Positions 53,576-63,218 of a stretch of DNA of 64,000 nucleotides are shown one piece after another; the first letter of the stretch is position 1; each line of letters begins with the position of its first letter. The notes below the pieces were generated by a model. That model was not told the DNA's origin and ran no database searches. It worked only from the letters and a program-made list of their open reading frames with translations. Both the position numbers and the translations under genes were made by a program. This DNA is from a virus (Duplodnaviria > Caudoviricetes): IMG/VR virus record IMGVR_UViG_3300036971_000130, one strand, 5' to 3'.

Positions 53576-53896
53576 AACGCCAAGACCGGGAACTTCGTCC
53601 GCCAACTCCTGGTGACCGACACCGTGATCTACGAGATCGTCGCCGTCTCCCCGAGCGGCAAGACCGTGACCCTCCGGACCACCAAGCAGGCCGTCGAGAA
53701 CGGCAAGCCGGTCGTCCGGTCCGAGACCAACCCGAACGGATCGCCGTACCCGATGTCCTACATCATGCAGGAGGCCGACCCGCTCGGACGGGTCTTCACC
53801 AGCCGGGTGAACAGCCTCGGTCAGTTCGGCCCCTTCCAGGGCAAGCCGCTCTACAACATCGAGGTCCCCGAGCGTCGGGTCGACATGTCCTTCTGA
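53555..53896 (+). CDS. Hypothetical protein
   Basis: TGGACA-N17-CATGTT-N6-ATG. Confidence 0.75.
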   Translation: MELLSTTNAKTGNFVRQLLVTDTVIYEIVAVSPSGKTVTLRTTKQAVENGKPVVRSETNPNGSPYPMSYIMQEADPLGRVFTSRVNSLGQFGPFQGKPLYNIEVPERRVDMSF

Positions 53897-54144
53897 GCCT
53901 CCGCCTGAGCCGGAAGGCTCCCGAGGCCCTTCGAGACTTTGACCCGGTTCCCCGCCATGAGGGTGAACCGGGTCAGAGTTTTTGTCGTGAACCCCTCTCC
54001 TTCACAGACCTCGGCGGAAGCGCCGACAGCGCCGTGCTTGATGATCGCCTTCTTGGCTTCGGACTTCGCCAGCGTCAGCGCATCGAAGGTCTCCGACGCT
54101 GCGACGGTAAGTCCCTTGTCGACGATGATGAACCGGTAGGACAT
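53851..54144 (-). CDS. Hypothetical protein
   Basis: TAGCCT-N6-ATG. Confidence 0.55.
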   Translation of the reverse strand: MSYRFIIVDKGLTVAASETFDALTLAKSEAKKAIIKHGAVGASAEVCEGEGFTTKTLTRFTLMAGNRVKVSKGLGSLPAQAEAQKDMSTRRSGTSML

Positions 54145-54220
54145 CCGGCGAGGCTATCCAAAGGCGTCCGTTTCGTCTAGGTTGGTCCGATCCACCCTGA
54201 ACCAAGAGTAGGGTTCCGCC

Positions 54221-54979
54221 ATGCCACCACGGAAGCGTGCGGCCTCGAAGACGGCCAAGAAGACCCCAGCGAAGAAGGCTCCCCCGAAGCCGAAGCTCGA
54301 CCTGAACTCGGTCGTGCCCAAGGGCGTCCGGACCGATGAGCAGAAGGCGTACTGGTCGACGAGAACCAAGTCGGGCACCTCGGGGATCGTGGAAGTCCAC
54401 ACCGGCGACGTGACTCAGGCGATCGTGGACTTCATCCTGGCGTCCCCGTCGATCGTCGGAGCCGTGGCGTGGCTGACCTCGGGGCCGATGCTCGAAGCGA
54501 TGTCGCTCGTCGGGGATGTGACCATCCTCGTGCAGAAGGAAGCGGACCTTCAGGGCAAGACCGCCCAGTCGAGAGCCCAGTTGGCGAAGTACCGTGCGAT
54601 CGGCAACGGAGTCCTGAAGAACGCTCTCCCGGAGCCGATCAGCCAAGCCCGATGCGGGCCTCGCCTCGGCCCCGTCCGTTCCGTCGGTGCCATCCACGGC
54701 CGGTCGTCGAGGCACACACCTCGGATGCACAACAAGTTCTTGGTCCGAGGTCACTACCGTGGTCGCACCTGGGTTCCTGAAGCTGTCCTCACCGGTTCAT
54801 CGAACGGCTCGATCAACGCCGGGTACTCGTTGGAGAACATCCTGATCGTCCATGACCCGGATGTCGCCGCCTTCTACCTCGACTACTTCGCTCGGATGGC
54901 AGCGATCTCCGAACCGATGAACTCGGTGCATCGCACCGTGCAGCCAGAGTGGGTTCAGCAGCCCCCGGCGAAGAAGTGA
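54221..54979 (+). CDS. Phospholipase D-family (single HxK) nuclease-like protein
   Basis: AVAWLT, MHNKFLV, TGSSN...ENI. Confidence 0.85.
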   Translation: MPPRKRAASKTAKKTPAKKAPPKPKLDLNSVVPKGVRTDEQKAYWSTRTKSGTSGIVEVHTGDVTQAIVDFILASPSIVGAVAWLTSGPMLEAMSLVGDVTILVQKEADLQGKTAQSRAQLAKYRAIGNGVLKNALPEPISQARCGPRLGPVRSVGAIHGRSSRHTPRMHNKFLVRGHYRGRTWVPEAVLTGSSNGSINAGYSLENILIVHDPDVAAFYLDYFARMAAISEPMNSVHRTVQPEWVQQPPAKK

Positions 54980-56132
54980 TGGGGCTCAACCTAGGTACGC
55001 TCTGGCCTGGGTCCGTGCTGTCGTTCCTGATCGGGTACGGGCTCTTTCGTTGGCGGCTCCGCAAGAAGGACCCGGTCGGAGCAGCCAGATGTCTGGTTGT
55101 CGGTTTCGGGGTCTCCGCTCTCCTGTTCATGGCCCCGATCGCTCACGCACGGCTGGATTGCTACTCGTGCTGACCCCGACCCATGATGACGGCATGAACA
55201 GACTCGCCTACCTCATCGGTACCGCTGTCGCCGCCGTCGTGGTCGGAACAGCGAACCGGCTGCTGGGTCTCCGTGGAGGTTCCCGATGACATCGGCCATC
55301 CTGATCCTTCTGGTGCTCGCCGCTCTCGCTGCGCTCACGATCATCGTCGTCTACGGTGACGCTGGGTCGGTCCGCTCCTACGTCAAGGACGCTTGGTTGC
55401 GGGTCAACGTCAAGATGTCGTCAAGGATCGACTCGGCCCTGGAACGGGAGGAAGACCGTTGATCTACACGTCCAAGTTCTTCGATCGACCGGGGCTCGAA
55501 CCTGTCGAGTACCGGATCATCTCAGACGAGGAAGCGATGCCCGAGCTTCTTCGTCGGGCGCAGGCGTCCGCAGCCAATGACGACGCCGACGGCGTGGTCC
55601 TGAACCGGGTGCTCGCTGTCGGTCCCTTCCGGCTGATGTCCCGCAAGGAGGTCTCGGCTCCCACGAGTCGCTGGCCGCAACTCGTGGCCGAGAACTTCGG
55701 TCCGACCACCACGATCGGACTCAACTTCCGTTCGACGCTCCACACGACCACAGCCTGGAAGGCAACATGAAGTTCGTTCTGAACATCCCCGGATGGGACC
55801 CGACCGAGACCAATGTCGAGGTCATCAACCCGCCTGCCGACCTCGACGAGAACGAAGACCTCCTGGTCGAGATCACGGAGTCGATGGTCAGAAGCCTTCC
55901 TTGGAAGCCCGCTCCCGGCGAAGCGTGGAGCGTCTTCCTTCGGAACCGATCGGTCTTCGGGGTGAAGATCGGACTGTCCACTCAGCGTGGCTCCTGGCTT
56001 TTGAGGGTTCGCTTCCCGAAGGTCAGCTTCCGACTGCGTGCGAACGGGCTGTTCGTCAGCTTTCGTCACGGGACCGACTACCGTGCTGCGGTCCTCATCT
56101 GGCGCTGACCGACGCCACCCATGATGTTCAAC

Positions 56133-57095
56133 ATGGAACCAGTCATCTACAGCGGCAACCTCTACTACCGAGACGGCATTCCGACCCCGACAGGGGAGTC
56201 GTTCATCACCGACGACGGATTCGAGTTCCTTCGGGTCCCTCACCGGGTTCTCCGGACGGCCGTCGTCGAGAATGGTGAGGCGCTCGTCAAGTCGGCGGGA
56301 ACTAGCGTCCCCGTCAGGGATCTGAAGCCCGGCATGTACGTCAACGGCGAGCGGGTCAAGATGATCGGCGTCGGGAAAGACAAGCAATTCACGGCATGGA
56401 CCGACGATGGCACGCCGATCCCCCTGCTCGACACGGTGTTCGTCGACGGCTGTGTCCCTGTCTCCCCTCCCAAGTCGTTCATCCCCCGTTCCGTCGACAG
56501 AGGCGACCTCTACGTGGTCAACGGCAAGGTCCACACCGTCATCAGCACGAGCGTCGGCGGCGGCATGGTCCTCACAGCGAGAGGCCAGAGCACCAAGTAC
56601 ATCCGCATCCCCAATGATGCCGAGAAGCTCGACCGGAACCTCGTCGACAACTGGATCGACAACACGCCGATCCCACTCGACCCGGCTGCCCTCTCCCGCA
56701 TGCTGGTTCAGGGGCGAGTCGAGTTCTTCGAGGTGGACCCCGCCGGGCGAGAGGAACTGACCATCGACGGGGATGTTCGCTCTGGGACATGGCGCACTGT
56801 GACCGGTGTGCGGTTCAACTACGACCTTCGGTACTACCGGATCGTCGACCGTGACACGTTCGACTTCGCAACGATGATGGACGCCATCAAGAACGGGCGT
56901 GTCAGCATCAGGGGGTTCAACGTGGACTTCATCGAGTTCGATCCTGACCTCAGTCGGCCGTGGACCTTCGGCGGAGGTTCACAGAAGCACCTGGCATCGC
57001 TCACGGATAGCCAGGTCGCAGCCGCCGAAGTCTTCGATGTCAAGGTCAACCCGCACAACGCCGAGCAGATGAACTACGTTCTCTGCATCGACTGA
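56133..57095 (+). CDS. Family-G hypothetical protein
   Basis: Motif at 56117; DLKPGMYV, VDRGDLYV, AIKNGRVSIRG. Confidence 0.65.
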   Translation: MEPVIYSGNLYYRDGIPTPTGESFITDDGFEFLRVPHRVLRTAVVENGEALVKSAGTSVPVRDLKPGMYVNGERVKMIGVGKDKQFTAWTDDGTPIPLLDTVFVDGCVPVSPPKSFIPRSVDRGDLYVVNGKVHTVISTSVGGGMVLTARGQSTKYIRIPNDAEKLDRNLVDNWIDNTPIPLDPAALSRMLVQGRVEFFEVDPAGREELTIDGDVRSGTWRTVTGVRFNYDLRYYRIVDRDTFDFATMMDAIKNGRVSIRGFNVDFIEFDPDLSRPWTFGGGSQKHLASLTDSQVAAAEVFDVKVNPHNAEQMNYVLCID

Positions 57096-57107
57096 GTGGA
57101 GTTGCCG

Positions 57108-57878
57108 ATGACCGGCTCGAAGAAGGTTCGGTTCGCTGAACTCGAAGCACGAGGGTGGACCCGTGAGATCGCTGGTCTCTACGGGCTACGGCCCCGTTCG
57201 CACTGGTGGGAGATCGACGAAGCTCTCCGCATCGAGAAGTCAGGCCGCTGGCAACGTGATCGTGATGCGGTAGCCCGAGGTGAGACGATCGTCTTCACGA
57301 AGGCGATGCTCATTCCCCGAGGGTGGACCGACGGGTCGATCAAGACCTTCCTCGGTGAGCCCGATCATGTCGTCGACCTCCCGAAGAAGCGCAAGGCGTT
57401 CTACTGGCGTTCCGGTCGTGTCCTGCATGCCGAGGCAAGCCCGGAGTGGCAGGAGAAGGCCCAGAAGGTGCTCTCGGAGCGTCCGAAACGTTCCGCTGCG
57501 GTCCAGCAGGTGATGGACACGAAGATCGCTGCGGTGAAAGCCGCTTCGGAGGAACAGGTCGAGAGCCTGTGGATCAGGGTCCCGGCAGGGTCCACGATCA
57601 GCGGCCTCACCGAGAAGGCGATCAGGTCCCAGGTCGACTGGCTCCGAGAGAAGAAGGGCATCGACTACAACGTCTCGAAGATGACCGATGCCGACCGAGC
57701 GAAGTGGCTCCGGAACTACGTCAGGCACGAGTTGACGAACTACGACACGCTGCTCCGAGGTCTATCTGCCCGGTTCCGTGGTCAGCCTGGTGTCGTCGCC
57801 ATGTACGAGGAAGTGGTCCGGCCTCACGTCGACCGGATGGTCGAAGACGCTCTGGCTGAGTTGCCCGACCACCCATGA
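57108..57878 (+). CDS. RGWT-repeat hypothetical protein
   Basis: LEARGWT, LIPRGWT..I..FLGEPD, YVRHELTNYD; ends DHP* in the motif. Confidence 0.7.
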   Translation: MTGSKKVRFAELEARGWTREIAGLYGLRPRSHWWEIDEALRIEKSGRWQRDRDAVARGETIVFTKAMLIPRGWTDGSIKTFLGEPDHVVDLPKKRKAFYWRSGRVLHAEASPEWQEKAQKVLSERPKRSAAVQQVMDTKIAAVKAASEEQVESLWIRVPAGSTISGLTEKAIRSQVDWLREKKGIDYNVSKMTDADRAKWLRNYVRHELTNYDTLLRGLSARFRGQPGVVAMYEEVVRPHVDRMVEDALAELPDHP

Positions 57879-57928
57879 TGTGATCGGCCGATCAAGTCGA
57901 TGGTCTGACCACATCACGGGAGACACCC

Positions 57929-58390
57929 ATGAAGAACCTTCGCAACATCGCCTTGCTGCTCGTCACTTTCACTGCGTTCGCCGTCCAAGGTGGCACAGCG
58001 TCGGCATCGCCATCCAACGACCTCGCCGTCGACAAGTTCGCCTACGAGAACGAGGACGACCTGACCTTCAAGGCCGTGTGGGTCGTCGAGAACAACGGGG
58101 CTTCGTCGTCGGCTTCACAGCCTCTCGTCGACATCGTTCAGGACGGCTACAAGGTCATCCGGGCTTCCAACGGCGGTGTGTACGACCAGAAGAAGAACAC
58201 CGTCGAGTGGGACCTGCCTGCCATCCAGCCCGGAGAGCAGATCAAGCTCACGGCGGTCATCGGCCGTTCCACGGCGACCACCGATGAAGCGGTGGCTTCC
58301 GAGACCGACAACACGCTGAAGTACGTCGCTGCGGCCTTCGGTCTCGCCCTGCTGACCGGCCTGATCTACCGTCGGTCCTTCACCAGTTGA
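57929..58390 (+). CDS. Secreted Ig-like (DUF11-like) protein with C-terminal anchor
   Basis: Signal peptide; DLAVDK...VENNG...TVEWDL..IQPGE; TM plus RR. Confidence 0.7.
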   Translation: MKNLRNIALLLVTFTAFAVQGGTASASPSNDLAVDKFAYENEDDLTFKAVWVVENNGASSSASQPLVDIVQDGYKVIRASNGGVYDQKKNTVEWDLPAIQPGEQIKLTAVIGRSTATTDEAVASETDNTLKYVAAAFGLALLTGLIYRRSFTS

Positions 58391-58437
58391 TGGCGTGACG
58401 TTGGACGCCACAGCAACCGCCAACCCATGATGGTGGC

Positions 58438-59189
58438 ATGACCAAGACCTTCACCAAGCGTGTCCGCTCGTTCGCAGACACCCTCACCGAAACGATCGGA
58501 CGCATCCAGTTCGTCGAGCAGGATGCCGACGCCACTGGCCCGATGATCGTCGAGTTCAACTCGTACATCCACGACGAGATGGCCGGAGGAAGGATCAAGT
58601 CGCTGACCATCAGCGACACCGAGACCCCCGGCTCCATCAAGGGGTCGCCCTGGAAGGCGAAGCGGGTCCGTAACATCTGGTTCGTGACCTTCACCTTCCG
58701 GGTCGAGGAAAGCGACTACGACATCACAGCGGTCGACGTGACGATCGAGTCGAAGACGACCCCCTCCCTCGAAGATGTCATGTACCTCTCGTGGACGACC
58801 GACCGACTGGACAACCGATGAGCAAGACCTTTACCACGAACATCGAATCGACCGTCTACACCTTCGACGACGAGGTCGGCCCCGTCCAGTTCCTCATCCA
58901 AGGGCCGGACGATCACGAGTCCATGATGGTCGATTGCGACTCGTACATCCACGGGGATGTAGTCGATGGGGACTCGATCAAGACGTTGACCATCAGCGAC
59001 ACCGAGACCCCCGGTTCCATGAGGGGCAAGCCCCGGAAGGCCAACGAGATCGGTGGACGGTGGTACGTCACCTACGTCTTCCAGGTCGACGGAGCGGACT
59101 TCGCCCTGACCTATGTCGGTGTGCAAGTCCCCGTCGACGGGACCCCCGATCTCAACGAGGGCATGTACCTCTCGTGGAGGACCGCATGA
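58438..59189 (+). CDS. Tandem paralogs (58438..58821, 58818..59189)
   Basis: Shared SYIH...IKxLTISDTETPGS..G.P.KA...MYLSW. Confidence 0.8.
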
Positions 59190-59593
59190 GTTACCAGGTC
59201 GATCTGCCAGCCGGTACCTACTACGTGGGTGACCCTGTCCACACGATCCCCGAGGATCGCTTCGATCGGTGGTTCCGGGACGCTCAACTGCACTCCGAGG
59301 TCGCATTCTCGGCGCACCGAGCGTTCGGCCAGGACTACGGCCAGGACACGTTCATGGAAGCGAAGATCGACGGGAAGCTCGCTGTCGGCGCTGAGACGAA
59401 CAGCCGGAAGCGGACCTACGTCGGCAGCAACGGCTTCTTCTTCTACATCGAGACCGGCCTACTCGGGGTCGTCCCCGTCGAGGTCGGAGTCCCCTCCGGT
59501 CTCAGTCAGGTCGTGACCTTCGAGGACGATTTCTCCTGTTCGAACGACTACGAGATCATCACGATCGGTGACATCAAGATCAGCACGATGTAG
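59186..59593 (+). CDS. GDP...(D/E)(S/T)G family protein (paralog 3)
   Basis: LPAGTYYVGDP...IETGLLGVVP. Confidence 0.7.
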   Translation: MSYQVDLPAGTYYVGDPVHTIPEDRFDRWFRDAQLHSEVAFSAHRAFGQDYGQDTFMEAKIDGKLAVGAETNSRKRTYVGSNGFFFYIETGLLGVVPVEVGVPSGLSQVVTFEDDFSCSNDYEIITIGDIKISTM

Positions 59594-59602
59594 CATGCCT
59601 CG

Positions 59603-60645
59603 ATGGTGACCGACCCGTGCTTCGCAAGGTTCTCTCCGCACTCGGATCTGCACCTCGGGGTCAGAGGCCACGACAGCCAGCGACGTGATCGACTGGTCGA
59701 CGCCGTTGCTTCGGAGGCTGCTGATGGTGGGTGGCCGGTCATCGAGGTCAACACCAGGACCACTTCGAGGTGCGAGTCTGCGCTCGGTCAGATCGAAGCG
59801 GAGATCCACCATCGCCTCATGTCGAAGCTGACTCCGTCACCGTTCCTGGTGGTGGTCTCATCGGTCACCGACCTCCTGGATCGCACGAGCCCGGCGGTGT
59901 TGGGCCAGATCGTCCGGCACGGCCACAAGGCTGGGTTCCATGTCCTGGCTGGCTTCGACGGCACGTTCAGCACCGGTGCGTCGATCATCTCGGAGGCGAT
60001 CCCGACCTGGATGCATCTCGATCCTGTACGCCACATCGAGTCGAACGAGAACCTCCGCTCGAACGAGATGGTCCTGGCTCGCACATCGAGGTTCGATGTG
60101 GTCGAAGTGTCCGTTCCTTGACAGGCCGATGAACAGGCTGTAGACAGTCGCATCCCCATTCAAGGAGTTTCTGAATGACTGACGCCACGTTCGCCGGGTG
60201 GAATGGCCTGATCGTTGCCGGAGACGACGAGCACACGATGGGTGCCGTCCATGCCGTACTCGAAGGCGAGTACGACCTCGTTCCGTTCCCGTCCAGCCGT
60301 GTCCCGAACCTCGAAGCCCTCAACGGTGAGTTCAGCCGCCGTCACGAGAAGGCCGTTGCTCGGGGAGGGAACCAGTTCAGTTCTCCCCTCGGCCGTCATC
60401 TCGTGCTGGTCGTCGACGAGAGGACCGACAAGAAGACCGACGACGAGGCCCAGGCCGTGATGACCAAGATCGCCCGTGAAGGGCGTTCGTACTGCGTCTC
60501 CTTCGTCCATCTCACTGGTGAGGAACTGCCGGTGAACCACGACCCGATGGTTGCGAAGCTCTCCGTCGGAGAGCCCACGGAGAGCCATCACACCGGCTCG
60601 TACGAGTTCGGTTCAGCGACGATCCCGCTGTCCCTCCCACTCTGA
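59603..60645 (+). CDS. Two degenerate FtsK-like domain proteins (59603..60121, 60175..60645)
   Basis: EAEIHHR..FLVVV..IVRHGHKAGFHV; EFSRR..LVLVVDE..IAREGRSY. Confidence 0.5.
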
Positions 60646-60760
60646 TCACTCGACAGCGGTTTCATCCGCTAGTCTGAGATCGAGGACCGCCCTGGCCTCG
60701 GCTTTCCGTCGGCCGAAGGAGGGGCGGTCCTCCCCTTTCAAGACGGAACAGAGGAACGCC

Positions 60761-61234
60761 ATGCAAGACATCAAGCCCAAGGACATCTCCTACCTGCGGA
60801 TGTGCCTGTCGATCGCCAACGAGTTCTCTACCTGCGGGAAGCGCCAGTACGCAGCGATCATCGTCGACCACCGTGGCACGGTCATCGCCACCGGCTACAA
60901 CGGCACGCCGTCGGGGTTCGAGCACTGCAAGGACGGCGGCTGCCCGAGGTTCTTGGAGAACACCCCGTCGGGGACGAGCTACGGGAACTGCCTCTCGGTT
61001 CACGCTGAGGTCAACGCCATCATCCGTTCGACTCCGGCGACCCGTGAACGGTCGACCCTCTACGTGAACGGCCTGCCGTGCTGGGACTGTGCGAAGGTCA
61101 TCATCGGTTCCGGCATCCCTCGGGTTGTCTGCCTCGGTGGACGTGACACCCTCGACGAGAAGTTGGTGATCGACCTGTTCGGCAGATCCGAGGTTTGGTT
61201 CCACGAGGTTCCGCCATCCATGTTGGAGGCATGA
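60761..61234 (+). CDS. dCMP deaminase (ComEB-like)
   Basis: STC.KRQ, ATGYNG, HAEVNAI, PCWDCAK. Confidence 0.92.
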   Translation: MQDIKPKDISYLRMCLSIANEFSTCGKRQYAAIIVDHRGTVIATGYNGTPSGFEHCKDGGCPRFLENTPSGTSYGNCLSVHAEVNAIIRSTPATRERSTLYVNGLPCWDCAKVIIGSGIPRVVCLGGRDTLDEKLVIDLFGRSEVWFHEVPPSMLEA

Positions 61235-62097
61235 ACTTCTCCAACGAAGATGCTCCGGCCCTCTACTCGATGATGGTCGGAGACGGCTATTCCACCTTCT
61301 GGTACCTGGGGCGGTACAAGGGTCGTCTGATCCTCGGCTCCGGTGATCGGGTGCTCTGCATCTCCGAGCACAAGACCCGGCCGATGGCCGAGGTCGACGG
61401 CCGAGCCGTGGCTTACCGGTCCATGCCCGGCTTCCCGCTTCCGGGCAGCACCATCGACGGCTCCGAGGTTGTCGAGTGGCACACCGGGTTCTGTGTCACC
61501 GAGGACGGCGAGATCCACAAGAACATGGGGCTCCGCTACGACCTCTGGACCGATCTTCCGGCCGTGCCGACGGACTCGTCCACGAACCTGGCCCCCGGCG
61601 ATCTCTACTTCGACGAGAACGACGTGCTCATGGAGGTCATCGCTCTGACGAACCGTTCGATGAACGTCAAGCGGCACCCCTCCGACGGATGGACGATCGT
61701 TCCCCAGTCGGTCCGGGAGAAGGTCTCGGTCGATGACGCCATCGGGGTGCCCGGCCAGAGCGCTATGATTCGCAAGTCCATCATCATCGAAGCTGACTAC
61801 AACGAGCGTCGGTGGTTCTACATCCAGGGGCGTCTCTCGGAGTTCTCGTACGGGTCGTGGGTTCGGAACCGTCCTTCGTCGGGAACGAGGAACACCTACC
61901 GCCTGACCGAGCCGACCAAGGACATGACCCCGGAGATCCTCGCATCGGTCTACCCGTTCCTCGGCTTCGGTGGCGAGAAGGTCAACGGCATGGTCTTCCG
62001 TGACGGCGTGATCTCGTTCCGGGGCAACGACGACGAGGTGCTCTGGTCGGGTACCTTCCACGACCTGACTCGTGCCGACGGGTTCAGCGTCCGATGA
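61231..62097 (+). CDS. Hypothetical protein
   Basis: Motif at 61216, ATG at +5. Confidence 0.65.
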   Translation: MNFSNEDAPALYSMMVGDGYSTFWYLGRYKGRLILGSGDRVLCISEHKTRPMAEVDGRAVAYRSMPGFPLPGSTIDGSEVVEWHTGFCVTEDGEIHKNMGLRYDLWTDLPAVPTDSSTNLAPGDLYFDENDVLMEVIALTNRSMNVKRHPSDGWTIVPQSVREKVSVDDAIGVPGQSAMIRKSIIIEADYNERRWFYIQGRLSEFSYGSWVRNRPSSGTRNTYRLTEPTKDMTPEILASVYPFLGFGGEKVNGMVFRDGVISFRGNDDEVLWSGTFHDLTRADGFSVR

Positions 62098-62866
62098 GAC
62101 GTTGGCTACTGGTTCTGAGCCTGGTCGCTCTGGTGTCCTGCTCAGCCAACGACTCGACCAACCAACCGGACGAGACCACGACGACGGAAGCCCGGCCAAC
62201 CCAGGCCGAGACTCGGACGAGGGTCGACCTGGGCGAAAACTTCCCGATGGTCGCATCCGAGTGCGACGGCGACAACCGGGTGTACCTCGCTGCGAGCGGC
62301 GACAACATCGACATGTCGGTGATAGAGACCCACTACTCGTGCTGGGAAGCTCCCGAGAGCAGCGACCCGATGATCCTTCGGTTCGGAGAGTCGATGCCCA
62401 AGGTCATCGCTCGCTGCGACAACGGCAACAGGGTGTATGTGGCTGTTGGCGAGGATCAGAAGGCGAAGATGGTGGTCGTCAAGAACAACTACCGGTGCCA
62501 AGACTGAGCCACCCATGATGGGGGTGACACCGGCGACCGCTGGTGCATGACCCAACAAGGTGAGTTCACATGAAGACCCGCATCGCCCTCGCTCTCGTCA
62601 GCCTCCTGTTCGTCACGTCCTGTGCCGGGATGGACAAGGCCACGGAGCAGTACAAGGACGCTCCGAGGGGCAAGGCCGACAACTCGGCTGCGGACACGAT
62701 CAACTTCCCCGACGGCTTCTCCAACGTCGCCGTGAAGTGTGATGGCCCGAACCGGGTGTACGTTGCCTTCAAGGGCAACGACAACCGTGCAGCGATCGCT
62801 GTCGTCGGCAACGACGATCGTTGCCCGTGGGGTGAAGGCGTCACCACCACGACCACCGGGAACTGA
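62094..62866 (+). CDS. Two related lipoproteins (62094..62507 with two repeats; 62570..62866 with one)
   Basis: Lipoboxes; V..xCDxxNRVY.A repeat unit. Confidence 0.75.
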
Positions 62867-62928
62867 CGGTCTCGGGTCTTCGTGGCAGGGTGCTTGCGTC
62901 CTGATCGAAGATCATCTAATGTGTCGCA

Positions 62929-63008
62929 CATCCCCCACCCCTACGTGACAGCCGCAAGGTGGTCCGTAGTTGAGAAGGCCCGGTCCCTCCCCCGACCGGG
63001 CCTTCTGC
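62929..63008 (+). ncRNA. Candidate structured small RNA upstream of cas3
   Basis: TTGCGT-N17-TAATGT promoter; GCAA-tetraloop stem; 13-bp terminator-like stem. Confidence 0.5.
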
Positions 63009-63218
63009 ATTCCCAACCCATGATGGCGTTGGACCATGGATCTAGAACCCGCCTGATCGACATGGCTGCGTGATGGTGCTACGGTCCCATCTCCACGACA
63101 GGACGGAACCGACGATGGACCTGATGGATTACTTCATGGCTGCTCAGAACTCATCTGATGATGAGGGGTTCACGATCGTCGAAGGAGACGACGAGGGGTC
63201 GTCTGAGGGCACGCCCGA

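Noticed and set aside
563-63025. The motif as a conserved peptide (THDG/PPMM) or as the true start codon
   Set aside because: It occurs in different reading frames relative to neighbouring genes, variants (CATAAT, CATAGT) destroy one or both internal ATGs, and spacing to the downstream ATG is fixed
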